From: an uncultured Candidatus Saccharibacteria bacterium
GTDB lineage: Bacteria > Patescibacteriota > Minisyncoccia > Phycocordibacterales > GWA1-40-21
Direction: 5' to 3'
Assembly: GCA_964513515.1 (NCBI GenBank)
Contig: CAZEMP010000002.1
Location: 1 to 57,526, forward strand
DNA: 57,526 nucleotides
The position numbers and the translations under genes are program-made. Position 1 is the stretch's first letter, and every line of letters starts with the position of its first letter. The notes beneath the pieces are model-generated. The model did no database searches. It was not told where the DNA came from and was given only the letters and a program-made list of their open reading frames with translations. Shown in pieces: positions 9,612 to 18,723 of the stretch.

Positions 9612-12600
9612 TTATTCTAAAAGCATTCTTGCCTTTAATCCATCTAGTTCAACAAGGTCTCCTCCATTGATTTGCTCAAAAGATATTTCTTTCAATCCTG
9701 TAACTTTTGAAATCTCATCATTGAACTTATTAAATATTTTCTTACCAACCTCGTCTATATCAACAACAAGATCAACCGTATCGGAAGGATTAAGTTTTTT
9801 ATTTTTTCTCATCTCCTGGATTGCCCTTATAATATCTCTTACAAGACCTTCTTCTTTCAACTCTTCTGTAAGAGTTGTGTCGAGTAAAACAGCATCATCA
9901 ATTGATTGGTCGAAGACAACTTCTTTTACATTTACCTCTTCTTTTATAAGACTATGAAATAGCTTATTAGCTTTCAACTTTTCATTTTTTACTTTTAGTT
10001 TTGCGAGCGGTTGTCTTACTTTTATTCCCGCTTTTGCGCGCGCCTCGAGACCTAGAGATACTATAAGTCTGGTTTCTTTCATATTTTCTAATATCTCTGA
10101 TTCTTCAGTAGAAAGATCGCCCACAAATGTATCTGACCAATTTTCCAAATGAACGCTTTCCTTCTCCATACCTCCTGTTATTTTCAAATATAAATCTTCT
10201 GAAATAAACGGCATTGAAGGAGCTATAAGTTTGGAAAATTCCAAAATTACAGTTCTGGTTGTTTGCATTGCAGAATTTCTGTCTTCCGCATCCTCAGATT
10301 TGAATCTGTCTCTTGATCTTCGTAAATACCACGTTGAAAGATCGTCAACAAAATCTCCTATCGGTCTTGTTGCTCTGTCCAACTCATAATTATCTGTGGC
10401 TCTTGTTATGCTTGTTGCTATTTCTTTTAATCGAGCAAAAATCCAAGCATCTAATACGTTTTTCGATTTAAATTTCTTTTTAAGATCCAAATCAAAACCG
10501 CCATACATTTCAAAAAATGTATAAACATTCTGAAGTCTCATAATAATTTTCTTCAAAATCTCATCTACATTTTTATTTGAAAATTTTAAATCTTCAGCTT
10601 TCATAACCGGAGAGGACAAAAGGTAGTACCTTAGTGCATCAGCGCTATAGGTGGATACTATATCCATTGGATCTGGATAATTCTTCAATCTTTTTGACAT
10701 TTTTTGACCATCTTCTGCAAGAACAGTTCCGTTTACCACCACATTCTTGTATGAAGACTCACCAAAAAGTGCCACAGAAAGTACAAGCATTGAATAAAAC
10801 CAACCTCTCGTCTGATCTATTCCTTCTGCAATAAAATCTCCTGGATAACCAATATTTTTTTCTGGATTAAATTTCTTGAGATTTTCAAATGGATAATGAG
10901 ATTCTGCAAATGGCATTGATCCAGATTCAAACCAGCAATCAAAAACTTCAGGTACTCTTTTCATCTCTCCTTTGCATGTACATTTTAAGATTATTTCATC
11001 TATAAATGGTCGATGCATATCGAGCTCATAGTTTCTATTGTGAGGTATCGGAGCAAAAGGAATTTCTTTTATCTCGGAATTTTCTATAAAAGCCGTTTTG
11101 TCTTTTCTAATAGACATTGCTTCAGTAGGTGTCATACCACCAGCTCCTGCATACATAAGCCAGATTGGAGTATTGTGAGAAACAATTAAAATATTCTTGC
11201 CTTCATGTTTTTTATCTATATCGTAAAGGAAATCTGTCATTCTGTTCTTAACAATCATATAATTCTCCCCTCCCTTGGGAGTCTTTGTAAATTTTGCCGC
11301 ACGAGATTCAAAAAATGCCTGATATTCAGCGTCTGGTTTTCCATCCATTTCTCCAACAAAGATTTCGTGCAAACGTTCATCATAAACTATTTTATCTTTT
11401 GAATAATTAATTTGTTCTGCTATTATTTCTGCAGTTTCTTTTGTTCTCATAAATGGAGAACAATATATAAAATCTATTTTTTCCTTCGAAAGATTTTTTG
11501 CAGCAAGTACTGCTTGTTCCTTCCCCTTTTCTGTTAGATGATTAACAGTTTTCGGATTTGAACTTAGTATTTGTTTAACATTACTATCAGCTTCGCCATG
11601 TCTAACTACCAAATATTTATTTTTATTTGTTGTCCTTTCTTTTATTTCTTTAATCGATCCGATAAATTCTTTTTCATTACAACTTGTGCACCTCCAAACT
11701 GGGAGAGGTGCTCCCCAGAATCTGGATCTAGAAATTGACCAATCTCGAGCCCCTTCAAGCCATTTTCCAAATCTTCCATCACCAACTTCGGCAGGGACCC
11801 ATTTTATTTTCTTATTTGCCCCTGCAAGCTTATCCTTAAATTTTGTGACTTCAACAAACCAAGAACTCGTAGCATAATTGAGAAGTGGAGTGTCACATCT
11901 ATAACAATGAGGATATGAGTGTACAAATTTTTCTTTTGCATAAAGCGTTCCCTTTCCAGCTAAATATTTTATTATTTCTATATCGGCAAGTTGTGGATTT
12001 TCGATTGGTTTTACTTTTGCACCTGCAAAATCTTTTACTTCTGACTTGAAGCGTCCATCTGTTCCAACATGTTGAATAAATGGTAACTTTTTCTCTTTTC
12101 CAAGATTCATATCGTCTTCTCCAAAAGCCGGAGCAATATGAACAATGCCTGTACCATCTTCTGTGGTTACAAAAGATGCGTCATATACTTTAAAAGCATT
12201 TTCTTTATTTTTTAATTCATTATTATTGTAATAATCAAAAAGTGGTTTATATGACATTCCTATCAAAGCTTTTCCCTCAGTCTTTTCAACTATTTCATAT
12301 GTATCTTTAATTGTAGATAATCTAGATTCTGCAAGAATAAATTTATCTTTACCAATTTTTACTTTTACATAATCAACTTCAGGATTTACTGCTAAAGCTA
12401 CATTTCCTGGTAAAGTCCAAGGGGTAGTCGTCCAAGCTAGAAAATATGTTCCAGGTTCATCCATTAGCTCAAATTTGGCAGTAACAGATATGTCAGTAAT
12501 GTCTTTATAACCTTGACTCACTTCAAAGTTTGAAAGGGTGGTTCCACAATGAGGACAAAGATGCATAGCCTTAAAACCTTCATACACTAAACCTTTTTTA

Positions 12601-13112
12601 TGTAATTCTTTAAAAATCCACCATACAGTTTCAGTGTATGACGGATTCATGGTTCTATAATCATTTTCCATGTCTACAAAACGACCCATACGAGGGATGA
12701 TCTTTTTCCATTCATCTGCATAGGTAAAAACTTTGCTTCTAGCCAAGTCATTAAATTTCTCAAGACCAAAATCCTCAACGTCTTTTTTAGATTTTAAACC
12801 AATTTCTTTTTCAACAATATTTTCAATAGGAAGGCCGTGACAATCCCAACCCCAACGACGAGCAACATGTTTGCCTTTCATAGTCTGATATCTGCCAATA
12901 TAATCTTTCATTGTCCCAGCAAGAATATGACCATAGTGTGGAAGACCGGTAGCAAAAGGAGGGCCATCATAAAAGACGAACTCACCATTTGGAGAATCTT
13001 TTTCTAAAGATTTCTTAAAAATTTCTTTTTCTTGCCAAAACTTTAGTATTTCCTCTTCTCTTTCGGCAATCTTGCTTTTTAATATAGGTTTTTCCTGATT
13101 ATTTTCACTCAT
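9612..13112 (-). CDS. ileS: isoleucine--tRNA ligase carrying an in-frame histidine-phosphatase domain insertion
   Basis: HIGH region (PPFATGLPHYGHIL), GWDCHGLP, the CP1 editing region (WTTTPWTLPGN), KMSKRL and the anticodon-binding region are present. Residues ~499-690 match the PGAM/His-phosphatase signature (see findings). Confidence 0.95.
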   Translation of the reverse strand: MSENNQEKPILKSKIAEREEEILKFWQEKEIFKKSLEKDSPNGEFVFYDGPPFATGLPHYGHILAGTMKDYIGRYQTMKGKHVARRWGWDCHGLPIENIVEKEIGLKSKKDVEDFGLEKFNDLARSKVFTYADEWKKIIPRMGRFVDMENDYRTMNPSYTETVWWIFKELHKKGLVYEGFKAMHLCPHCGTTLSNFEVSQGYKDITDISVTAKFELMDEPGTYFLAWTTTPWTLPGNVALAVNPEVDYVKVKIGKDKFILAESRLSTIKDTYEIVEKTEGKALIGMSYKPLFDYYNNNELKNKENAFKVYDASFVTTEDGTGIVHIAPAFGEDDMNLGKEKKLPFIQHVGTDGRFKSEVKDFAGAKVKPIENPQLADIEIIKYLAGKGTLYAKEKFVHSYPHCYRCDTPLLNYATSSWFVEVTKFKDKLAGANKKIKWVPAEVGDGRFGKWLEGARDWSISRSRFWGAPLPVWRCTSCNEKEFIGSIKEIKERTTNKNKYLVVRHGEADSNVKQILSSNPKTVNHLTEKGKEQAVLAAKNLSKEKIDFIYCSPFMRTKETAEIIAEQINYSKDKIVYDERLHEIFVGEMDGKPDAEYQAFFESRAAKFTKTPKGGENYMIVKNRMTDFLYDIDKKHEGKNILIVSHNTPIWLMYAGAGGMTPTEAMSIRKDKTAFIENSEIKEIPFAPIPHNRNYELDMHRPFIDEIILKCTCKGEMKRVPEVFDCWFESGSMPFAESHYPFENLKKFNPEKNIGYPGDFIAEGIDQTRGWFYSMLVLSVALFGESSYKNVVVNGTVLAEDGQKMSKRLKNYPDPMDIVSTYSADALRYYLLSSPVMKAEDLKFSNKNVDEILKKIIMRLQNVYTFFEMYGGFDLDLKKKFKSKNVLDAWIFARLKEIATSITRATDNYELDRATRPIGDFVDDLSTWYLRRSRDRFKSEDAEDRNSAMQTTRTVILEFSKLIAPSMPFISEDLYLKITGGMEKESVHLENWSDTFVGDLSTEESEILENMKETRLIVSLGLEARAKAGIKVRQPLAKLKVKNEKLKANKLFHSLIKEEVNVKEVVFDQSIDDAVLLDTTLTEELKEEGLVRDIIRAIQEMRKNKKLNPSDTVDLVVDIDEVGKKIFNKFNDEISKVTGLKEISFEQINGGDLVELDGLKARMLLE

Positions 13113-13143
13113 ATATATGATAAAATCACTGAATTTTTATTGT

Positions 13144-13215
13144 ATCCCGTTAGAGGTCAAAATTCAAATGAAATGAATTTTGCAGAAACGAAAGGTTTCT
13201 GACCTCTAACGGGAT
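13144..13215 (-). promoter_or_regulatory. long stem-loop in the ileS upstream leader
   Basis: ATCCCGTTAGAGGTCA (13144-13159) pairs perfectly with TGACCTCTAACGGGAT (13200-13215). The 40-nt loop contains a nested GAAAC-gaaag-GTTTC hairpin. Confidence 0.55.
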
Positions 13216-13239
13216 TGTATCAGTTTTTGAAAAAAGAAA

Positions 13240-13270
13240 AAGACCAGGTTCGCATAGCGAACCTGGTCTT
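13240..13270 (-). terminator. intrinsic terminator of argS
   Basis: AAGACCAGGTTCGC-ata-GCGAACCTGGTCTT: a 14-bp stem with flanking A/T runs. Confidence 0.8.
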
Positions 13271-13288
13271 TTTTATATTTTGAGTTTT

Positions 13289-13316
13289 CCTTATACTTAT
13301 ACTAAATACTTATACT
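13289..13316 (-). repeat. copy 1 of a conserved A/T-rich CTTATACTTATACTAAATACTTATACT motif immediately 3' of a stop codon
   Basis: Near-identical copies at 28344-28374 and 38220-38247. Each lies within about 7 nt of the stop of a minus-strand gene. The copies after argS and the 38255 NHL gene precede a clear terminator hairpin; the one after tatD is followed only by a weak hairpin. Confidence 0.75.
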
Positions 13317-13322
13317 ATGCCT

Positions 13323-15029
13323 TTACATCTTCTCTGGCACCTCAATACCAAGCAAATTAAGGCCTTCTTTTATAACAATCGAAAAAGCTTCTGTTAAAGC
13401 CACCTTATAGGAAGATTCGTCTTCATTTTTATCTACAATTTTTCCAAGAGCATAAAAACTATTAAAAGATGAGGCAAGTTCTACAAGATATGTGGCGATG
13501 TAATGCGGCGAATACTCATTCCCTGCTCGCTCCACCACTTCTCTAAATCTATAAAGAATTTTTTCTAAAGCTAAAACTTCATTTTTGTTAGAAAACTTTT
13601 TCCAATCAATCTTTTTTATTTTTTCTTCCTTAGCTTTTCGTAGGATAGATCTTGCTCTTACATATGAATATTGCAAATATGGTCCTGAATCACCTTCAAA
13701 AGATATTGATTTATCAAAATCAAAAATAATATCTTTTCCATTTACCTGTTTAAGGATTGAGTATTTTAATGCTCCCACAGCCACTTTCTCGGCGACCTGT
13801 TCTTTCTCTTTTTTTGTCATTCCCCTACCATCCATTTTCTCAAGAACTTTCATTTTTACGTCATTTAGCAAAGAGATAGCAGTGATAACATCTCCGGTCC
13901 TTGAAGACATTTTACCATCTGGAAGACGAAGCATGCCGTGAGAGAGATGTACTGTCTTTGCTGCAAGTTCTGGAAAAACAAAACTCATCGCCTTCAAAAG
14001 TACTTTAAAATACTCGTTTATCTCGTTACCTGTTATAACAATAGACTTATTATATTTTGTTTTATTAAACTTTATCTTTGCAAGACCAAGTTCTTTTGCT
14101 TCATATGTAGGAAGGCCTTCAGAATTTATAAAAACTCTTGTATGTAAGCCATAATTTTCTCCTCTGAAAATAACTGAGTTATTGTCCCCTCTCTCAAAAA
14201 TCTTACCGATATTTTCTTCTACTATCTTCTTTCCAAAATCTCCAGTCTCACTTTCAAAAAAGTAATTATCAAATTTTGTACCAAAAATTTTATACATTGA
14301 TTCAAAATATTTCAAACTTATTTTTCTTCCACTTTTGTAAAGTTTCTCTACTTCTTTGTTTGAATGATTATATATCTCTTTATTTATTTCTATAATTTCT
14401 CTCTTGATTCTTTCATCTCTTTCATATGAAGTGGACCCGAGCATATAAGCCTTTCCTAGATCTGAAGCTTCTTTTATATTGCCTATAATATTTTTCATGC
14501 CCCAAATAGCTTTAGCTACATGAAGACCAACATCTCCTTGATAACAGGCTCGTATCACCTTTGCTCCATTGGCTTCTGTTATTCTTGCGATAGCTTCTCC
14601 TATTGAATTACTCATCAAATGTCCAATGTGAAATTCTTTAAAAGGATTTGGGTCTGTATACTCAATAACAGTTTTTTCACCTTTAAGATTTTTATTGAGA
14701 CCAAACTTACTTTCAACTTTTAGCACCTCTTTTGTTTGTAAAATAAAAAATTCTGGCGATAAATAAAAGTTTATGAAACCTGGCCCAGCAACTTCTGCCT
14801 TTAGAAGCTCTTTTGGTTTTCTTTCTAGAATTTCTGCAACTATTTTTTCTGCCAATTCCCTAGGATTTTGTGATACTTGCTTTGCCAAAACCATAGCAAT
14901 ATTACTTGAGTAATCGCCATGCGTTAGCTCTTCTGGGTGTTCTAGATTTATCTTAGAAACTTTAGATTCTTCAATCTTGAGGCTCCAAAGTGCTGTTTTT
15001 ATTGATTTTTCTAATACATCTCGAATCAT
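13323..15029 (-). CDS. argS: arginine--tRNA ligase
   Basis: 568 aa with the HIGH variant FKEFHIGHLMSN, the N-terminal Arg_tRNA_synt_N-like region and the C-terminal DALR-type anticodon-binding region. Confidence 0.95.
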   Translation of the reverse strand: MIRDVLEKSIKTALWSLKIEESKVSKINLEHPEELTHGDYSSNIAMVLAKQVSQNPRELAEKIVAEILERKPKELLKAEVAGPGFINFYLSPEFFILQTKEVLKVESKFGLNKNLKGEKTVIEYTDPNPFKEFHIGHLMSNSIGEAIARITEANGAKVIRACYQGDVGLHVAKAIWGMKNIIGNIKEASDLGKAYMLGSTSYERDERIKREIIEINKEIYNHSNKEVEKLYKSGRKISLKYFESMYKIFGTKFDNYFFESETGDFGKKIVEENIGKIFERGDNNSVIFRGENYGLHTRVFINSEGLPTYEAKELGLAKIKFNKTKYNKSIVITGNEINEYFKVLLKAMSFVFPELAAKTVHLSHGMLRLPDGKMSSRTGDVITAISLLNDVKMKVLEKMDGRGMTKKEKEQVAEKVAVGALKYSILKQVNGKDIIFDFDKSISFEGDSGPYLQYSYVRARSILRKAKEEKIKKIDWKKFSNKNEVLALEKILYRFREVVERAGNEYSPHYIATYLVELASSFNSFYALGKIVDKNEDESSYKVALTEAFSIVIKEGLNLLGIEVPEKM

Positions 15030-15070
15030 ACAGACTACATAATACTCTATATTAAGAAAAAAGTGTATAA

Positions 15071-16042
15071 TTGATCCGTTATCAATTAAATATAAAATTT
15101 ATGGAAAATAGACAAAAAACAACAGCAAAAGATTTCTTCCTTTATCTAGGAATAATCATTGGTCTTTATGTAAGCTCAATAAGTTTTTTAATGTTAGTCT
15201 TTCAAATAATAGATAAATTATTCCCATTAAGCGGTGAATATTATTGGGGTTTTGATTCGTCTGTCAGAAGCAGTTTGGCTTCACTTATAATATTCTTCCC
15301 TGCATTTCTTTACGTTTTATATCTAGCCAACAATGATTTAAAACTCTATCCAGAAAAAAAAGAAATGTGGGTTAGAAGATGGATGATATTTCTTACTCTG
15401 TTTGTAGCAGGACTCACCATTGCTATAGACTTAACAACACTAATATATAGATTTCTTGGAGCTGAAGATCTAACACTTAGATTCTTTCTAAAAGTTTTCT
15501 TTGTATTAGCTGTTGCTATTACAGTATTTAAATCTACACTTTACGATCTAAAAAGAGATACCTTTGAGTATACAAAAAACATGAAAGTTTACAGTGCTAT
15601 TATTAGCTTTGTTGTTTTAATTAGTATTATATATGGAGTTGTACTTATCGGATCACCGGCTCAACAAAGAGCAAAAATGTTGGATGAGCAAAGGGTTAAT
15701 GATTTATCAAGTATTCAAAGTCAAATAGTTTATACACAATGGCAAAACAAGGGAGAAGTACCGGCAAATCTAGACGCGCTTAGGGATCCTATAAGTGGAT
15801 ATATGTTACCAACAGATCCAGAAACAAATGAAAATTATGGATATAAAATGATTTCAAAAAATAGCTTTGAACTTTGTGCAACGTTCAAAACAGTTAGTAT
15901 GTCAGCACAAAATGTAATTACAAAACCATATCCGTATTTTGATGGAGGAACAAATGAAAACTGGCAACACGGCGCAGAAAAAACTTGTTTTACAAGAACT
16001 ATAGATGATAAGCTTTATCCGATAAACCAAAGAAAAATTTAA
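15071..16042 (+). CDS. multi-pass membrane protein of unknown function (start may be the Met at 15101)
   Basis: Several hydrophobic helices precede a soluble C-terminal region (..RVNDLSSIQSQIVYTQW..ELCATF..). This resembles CPR-typical uncharacterised membrane proteins. Confidence 0.6.
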   Translation: MIRYQLNIKFMENRQKTTAKDFFLYLGIIIGLYVSSISFLMLVFQIIDKLFPLSGEYYWGFDSSVRSSLASLIIFFPAFLYVLYLANNDLKLYPEKKEMWVRRWMIFLTLFVAGLTIAIDLTTLIYRFLGAEDLTLRFFLKVFFVLAVAITVFKSTLYDLKRDTFEYTKNMKVYSAIISFVVLISIIYGVVLIGSPAQQRAKMLDEQRVNDLSSIQSQIVYTQWQNKGEVPANLDALRDPISGYMLPTDPETNENYGYKMISKNSFELCATFKTVSMSAQNVITKPYPYFDGGTNENWQHGAEKTCFTRTIDDKLYPINQRKI

Positions 16043-17346
16043 TTTTTGATCTGTAATTGTTTTGCAGCTGACTTTCCTGCTACATAGCCGGTAGTCCAAC
16101 AAAGCTGAAGTGAATAACCACCAGAAGGTCTATCAAAATCCAATATGTCCCCTATTAAAAATAAGTTGTCATAGAGCTTGGATTTCATTTCTTTAAAATC
16201 CAGTTCGTTTAGATCTACCCCACCACTTGAAATGATGGCTTTGTCATATCCGAGCAATCTATCTACAGTAAGTTCGAACTTTTTAAAAGTCTCCACAATA
16301 GCGAATCTTTCTGCCCTTCTGACTTCATTTGCAAACCAATCACTGTCCATACTCATAAGTGAAATCATCTTTAGATAGACTTTTTCGGGCACTTCTTTAA
16401 AAACTAAGTTCTTTAATTTCTTTTTTGGGTTTTGTTCAAAAACATTGAGCACATTTTGATGCATCACATCAAGACCTATTCCTGGGAAAAAATCTATTGC
16501 AACTTTTACTTTGTTCTCACCTTCATACTCTGTACCTTCAAGTAATTCACCGATCATTTTGCTCATATTAATAATAGTAGGTCCAGATAATCCCTCGTGA
16601 GTAAAAAGTATTCTTCCGACTTTACCATGCATTTTTTTACCATTATGCCAGATAGATACACCGACATTATCAAGTGTAATTCCTGCGAGATCTTTCACCC
16701 ATTCTTCTTTTGTCTTTATTGGTACAAGTGATGGGTTTGCTTCAACAACCTTATGCCCTATCTCTTTAAGCCATTTAAAACCATCTCCTGTAGAACCTGT
16801 CTCTGGACGAGATTTTCCTCCAGTAGCTAATATAAAATTCTTGGCTTTAATCTCATTTCCATCTTCAAGTATTACAGATTCGATTTTCTTTTTTGATTGC
16901 TTAAGGTGCGATACACCAACACCAACTCTAAATTCAACTCCATTATCTTCACAAGATTTTGTAAGCGCCTCCAAAACATCTGATGACTTATCTGATACTG
17001 GAAAAATGCGAAAAAGATTTTCTACTTTTGTTTTTACACCGAGCCCTTCAAAAAATCGTATAGCATCATTATTATCAAAAACAGAAAATGGTGTAAAAAG
17101 AAAATTTCCCTTCTTTCCATATTTTGAAATAAGGGTTCGCGGGTTGGGTTCGCCATTAGTCATGTTGCATCTTCCCCCTCCTGAAATAAGAAGCTTTTTG
17201 CCCATTATTTCATTCTTTTCAAGTAAAAGTACCTTCGCCCCATGTTTTCCTGCAGTACTTGCAGCCATAAGACCTGCGGGGCCACCACCTATCACAACCG
17301 TATCCCATATATTTGATTTTGTAGCTTTTTTGACCATCAACGACAT
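16039..17346 (-). CDS. HI0933/YhiN (BaiN-like) family NAD(FAD)-utilising flavoprotein
   Basis: VVIGGGPAGLMAAS dinucleotide-binding motif followed by LLISGGGRCNMTN, the family hallmark. Confidence 0.85.
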   Translation of the reverse strand: MSLMVKKATKSNIWDTVVIGGGPAGLMAASTAGKHGAKVLLLEKNEIMGKKLLISGGGRCNMTNGEPNPRTLISKYGKKGNFLFTPFSVFDNNDAIRFFEGLGVKTKVENLFRIFPVSDKSSDVLEALTKSCEDNGVEFRVGVGVSHLKQSKKKIESVILEDGNEIKAKNFILATGGKSRPETGSTGDGFKWLKEIGHKVVEANPSLVPIKTKEEWVKDLAGITLDNVGVSIWHNGKKMHGKVGRILFTHEGLSGPTIINMSKMIGELLEGTEYEGENKVKVAIDFFPGIGLDVMHQNVLNVFEQNPKKKLKNLVFKEVPEKVYLKMISLMSMDSDWFANEVRRAERFAIVETFKKFELTVDRLLGYDKAIISSGGVDLNELDFKEMKSKLYDNLFLIGDILDFDRPSGGYSLQLCWTTGYVAGKSAAKQLQIKN

Positions 17347-17364
17347 ATTATGTCAAAAACAACA

Positions 17365-17396
17365 AAAAAGCGAGTTCTTTTGAGAATTCGCTTTTT
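17365..17396 (-). terminator. intrinsic terminator of glyA
   Basis: AAAAAGCGAGTTC...GAATTCGCTTTTT hairpin followed by a T-run on the minus strand. Confidence 0.7.
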
Positions 17397-17413
17397 GTTA
17401 AAATTTTATTTAA

Positions 17414-18613
17414 TTAACCTCTAAGTATTTTGTCGATCCTTTTTGCGAGCTTTATCATATCTTTTTCTTTGGCTCCACGAGTAGTCTCACCGGCAGTTCC
17501 AAGTCTTATACCTGACGGATCCATAGGACTTCTCGTTTCGTTTGGAATTGTATTTTTGTTTACAATTATTCCTTCTTTTTCAAGCTTATTGCTTGCATCT
17601 TCCCCACTAACCCCTTTTCCACCCATCCAGGTATCCATCAAAATCAAATGACTATCTGTTCCACCAGAAATTATTTTCCAACCAAGTTTTTTCAATTCAT
17701 CTGAAAGAACTTTTGCATTTTTTACCACTTGTTGAGCGTATTTTTTAAAAGCTGGAGTATCTGCTTCTTTGAGCGCTACAGCTACAGCAGCTATCTGATT
17801 CATATGTGGACCACCTTGAAGTCCAGGAAAGACTGCTTTATCTATAAAATCTGAAAAACTAATATCATTTCCTTTTGCACTTTTTTGTGTTTTATCTTTT
17901 CTTGAAAAGATGAGGGCGCTTCTTGGACCGCGTAAAGTTTTATGTACCGTTGTTGTAACAACATCTGCATATGGAAATGGTGACGGATAAGCACGGCCTG
18001 CAACAAGTCCAGCAAAGTGAGACATATCTACCATAAGTATTGCACCGACAGAGTCTGCAATCTCTCTAAACTTTTTAAAATCTACAACTCTTGGATATGC
18101 GGTAAATCCAGCAATGATCATATTTGGCTTCTCGGCAAGTGCAATCTTTTTTAATTCCTCATAATCAATCATTTCTGTAGTCGCATTTACACCAAATGGA
18201 ACTTGAGTCCACATCTTTCCAGTAGCTGAAACTTTATGTCCGTGCGTAAGGTGGCCACCATGATTTAGTGACATTCCCATTACTTTTCCACCTGGTGGAA
18301 CAAGAGCCACATACACTGCTAAGTTTGCTGGTGAACCAGAAAGTCCCTGTACATTCACATGCCAATCTTTACCATTTAAACCAAAAACTTTTAAAGCTCG
18401 TGCCCTTGTAAGCTCTTCGAGCTTATCGGTATTTTCCTGACCTTTATAATATCTTTTTCCTGGGTATCCTTCAGAATATTTATTAGTAAACTTTGAACCA
18501 AGAGCTTTTAAAACATCTTCTGAAACGTAGTTTTCTGAAGCAATGAGAGAAATTGTTTTTTTCTGTCTGAGTTCTTCTGCTTTTATAAGTTTTTCAATTT
18601 GTTTATCTTTCAT
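17414..18613 (-). CDS. glyA: serine hydroxymethyltransferase
   Basis: LIASENYVS, YSEGYPGKRYY and the TTTVHKTLRGPR PLP-lysine motif. Confidence 0.97.
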   Translation of the reverse strand: MKDKQIEKLIKAEELRQKKTISLIASENYVSEDVLKALGSKFTNKYSEGYPGKRYYKGQENTDKLEELTRARALKVFGLNGKDWHVNVQGLSGSPANLAVYVALVPPGGKVMGMSLNHGGHLTHGHKVSATGKMWTQVPFGVNATTEMIDYEELKKIALAEKPNMIIAGFTAYPRVVDFKKFREIADSVGAILMVDMSHFAGLVAGRAYPSPFPYADVVTTTVHKTLRGPRSALIFSRKDKTQKSAKGNDISFSDFIDKAVFPGLQGGPHMNQIAAVAVALKEADTPAFKKYAQQVVKNAKVLSDELKKLGWKIISGGTDSHLILMDTWMGGKGVSGEDASNKLEKEGIIVNKNTIPNETRSPMDPSGIRLGTAGETTRGAKEKDMIKLAKRIDKILRG

Positions 18614-18723
18614 TTTTTTGTTTATTAATATTTAATAGATATAGATTATCATTAAAATATATACTATGCACTATTGATTAATAATTATTATAGTTATAAT
18701 ATTAACAAATAATTTATATATTT

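Noticed and set aside
11030-11630. The IleS insertion as an intein
   Set aside because: There is no Cys/Ser at the insert N-terminus, and no His-Asn followed by a Cys/Ser/Thr junction. The insert matches the histidine-phosphatase signature rather than Hint or endonuclease blocks.
16039-16042. 4-nt convergent overlap of the membrane-protein gene and the flavoprotein gene
   Set aside because: This is a trivial overlap of stop codons in a compact genome and is not a regulatory feature.
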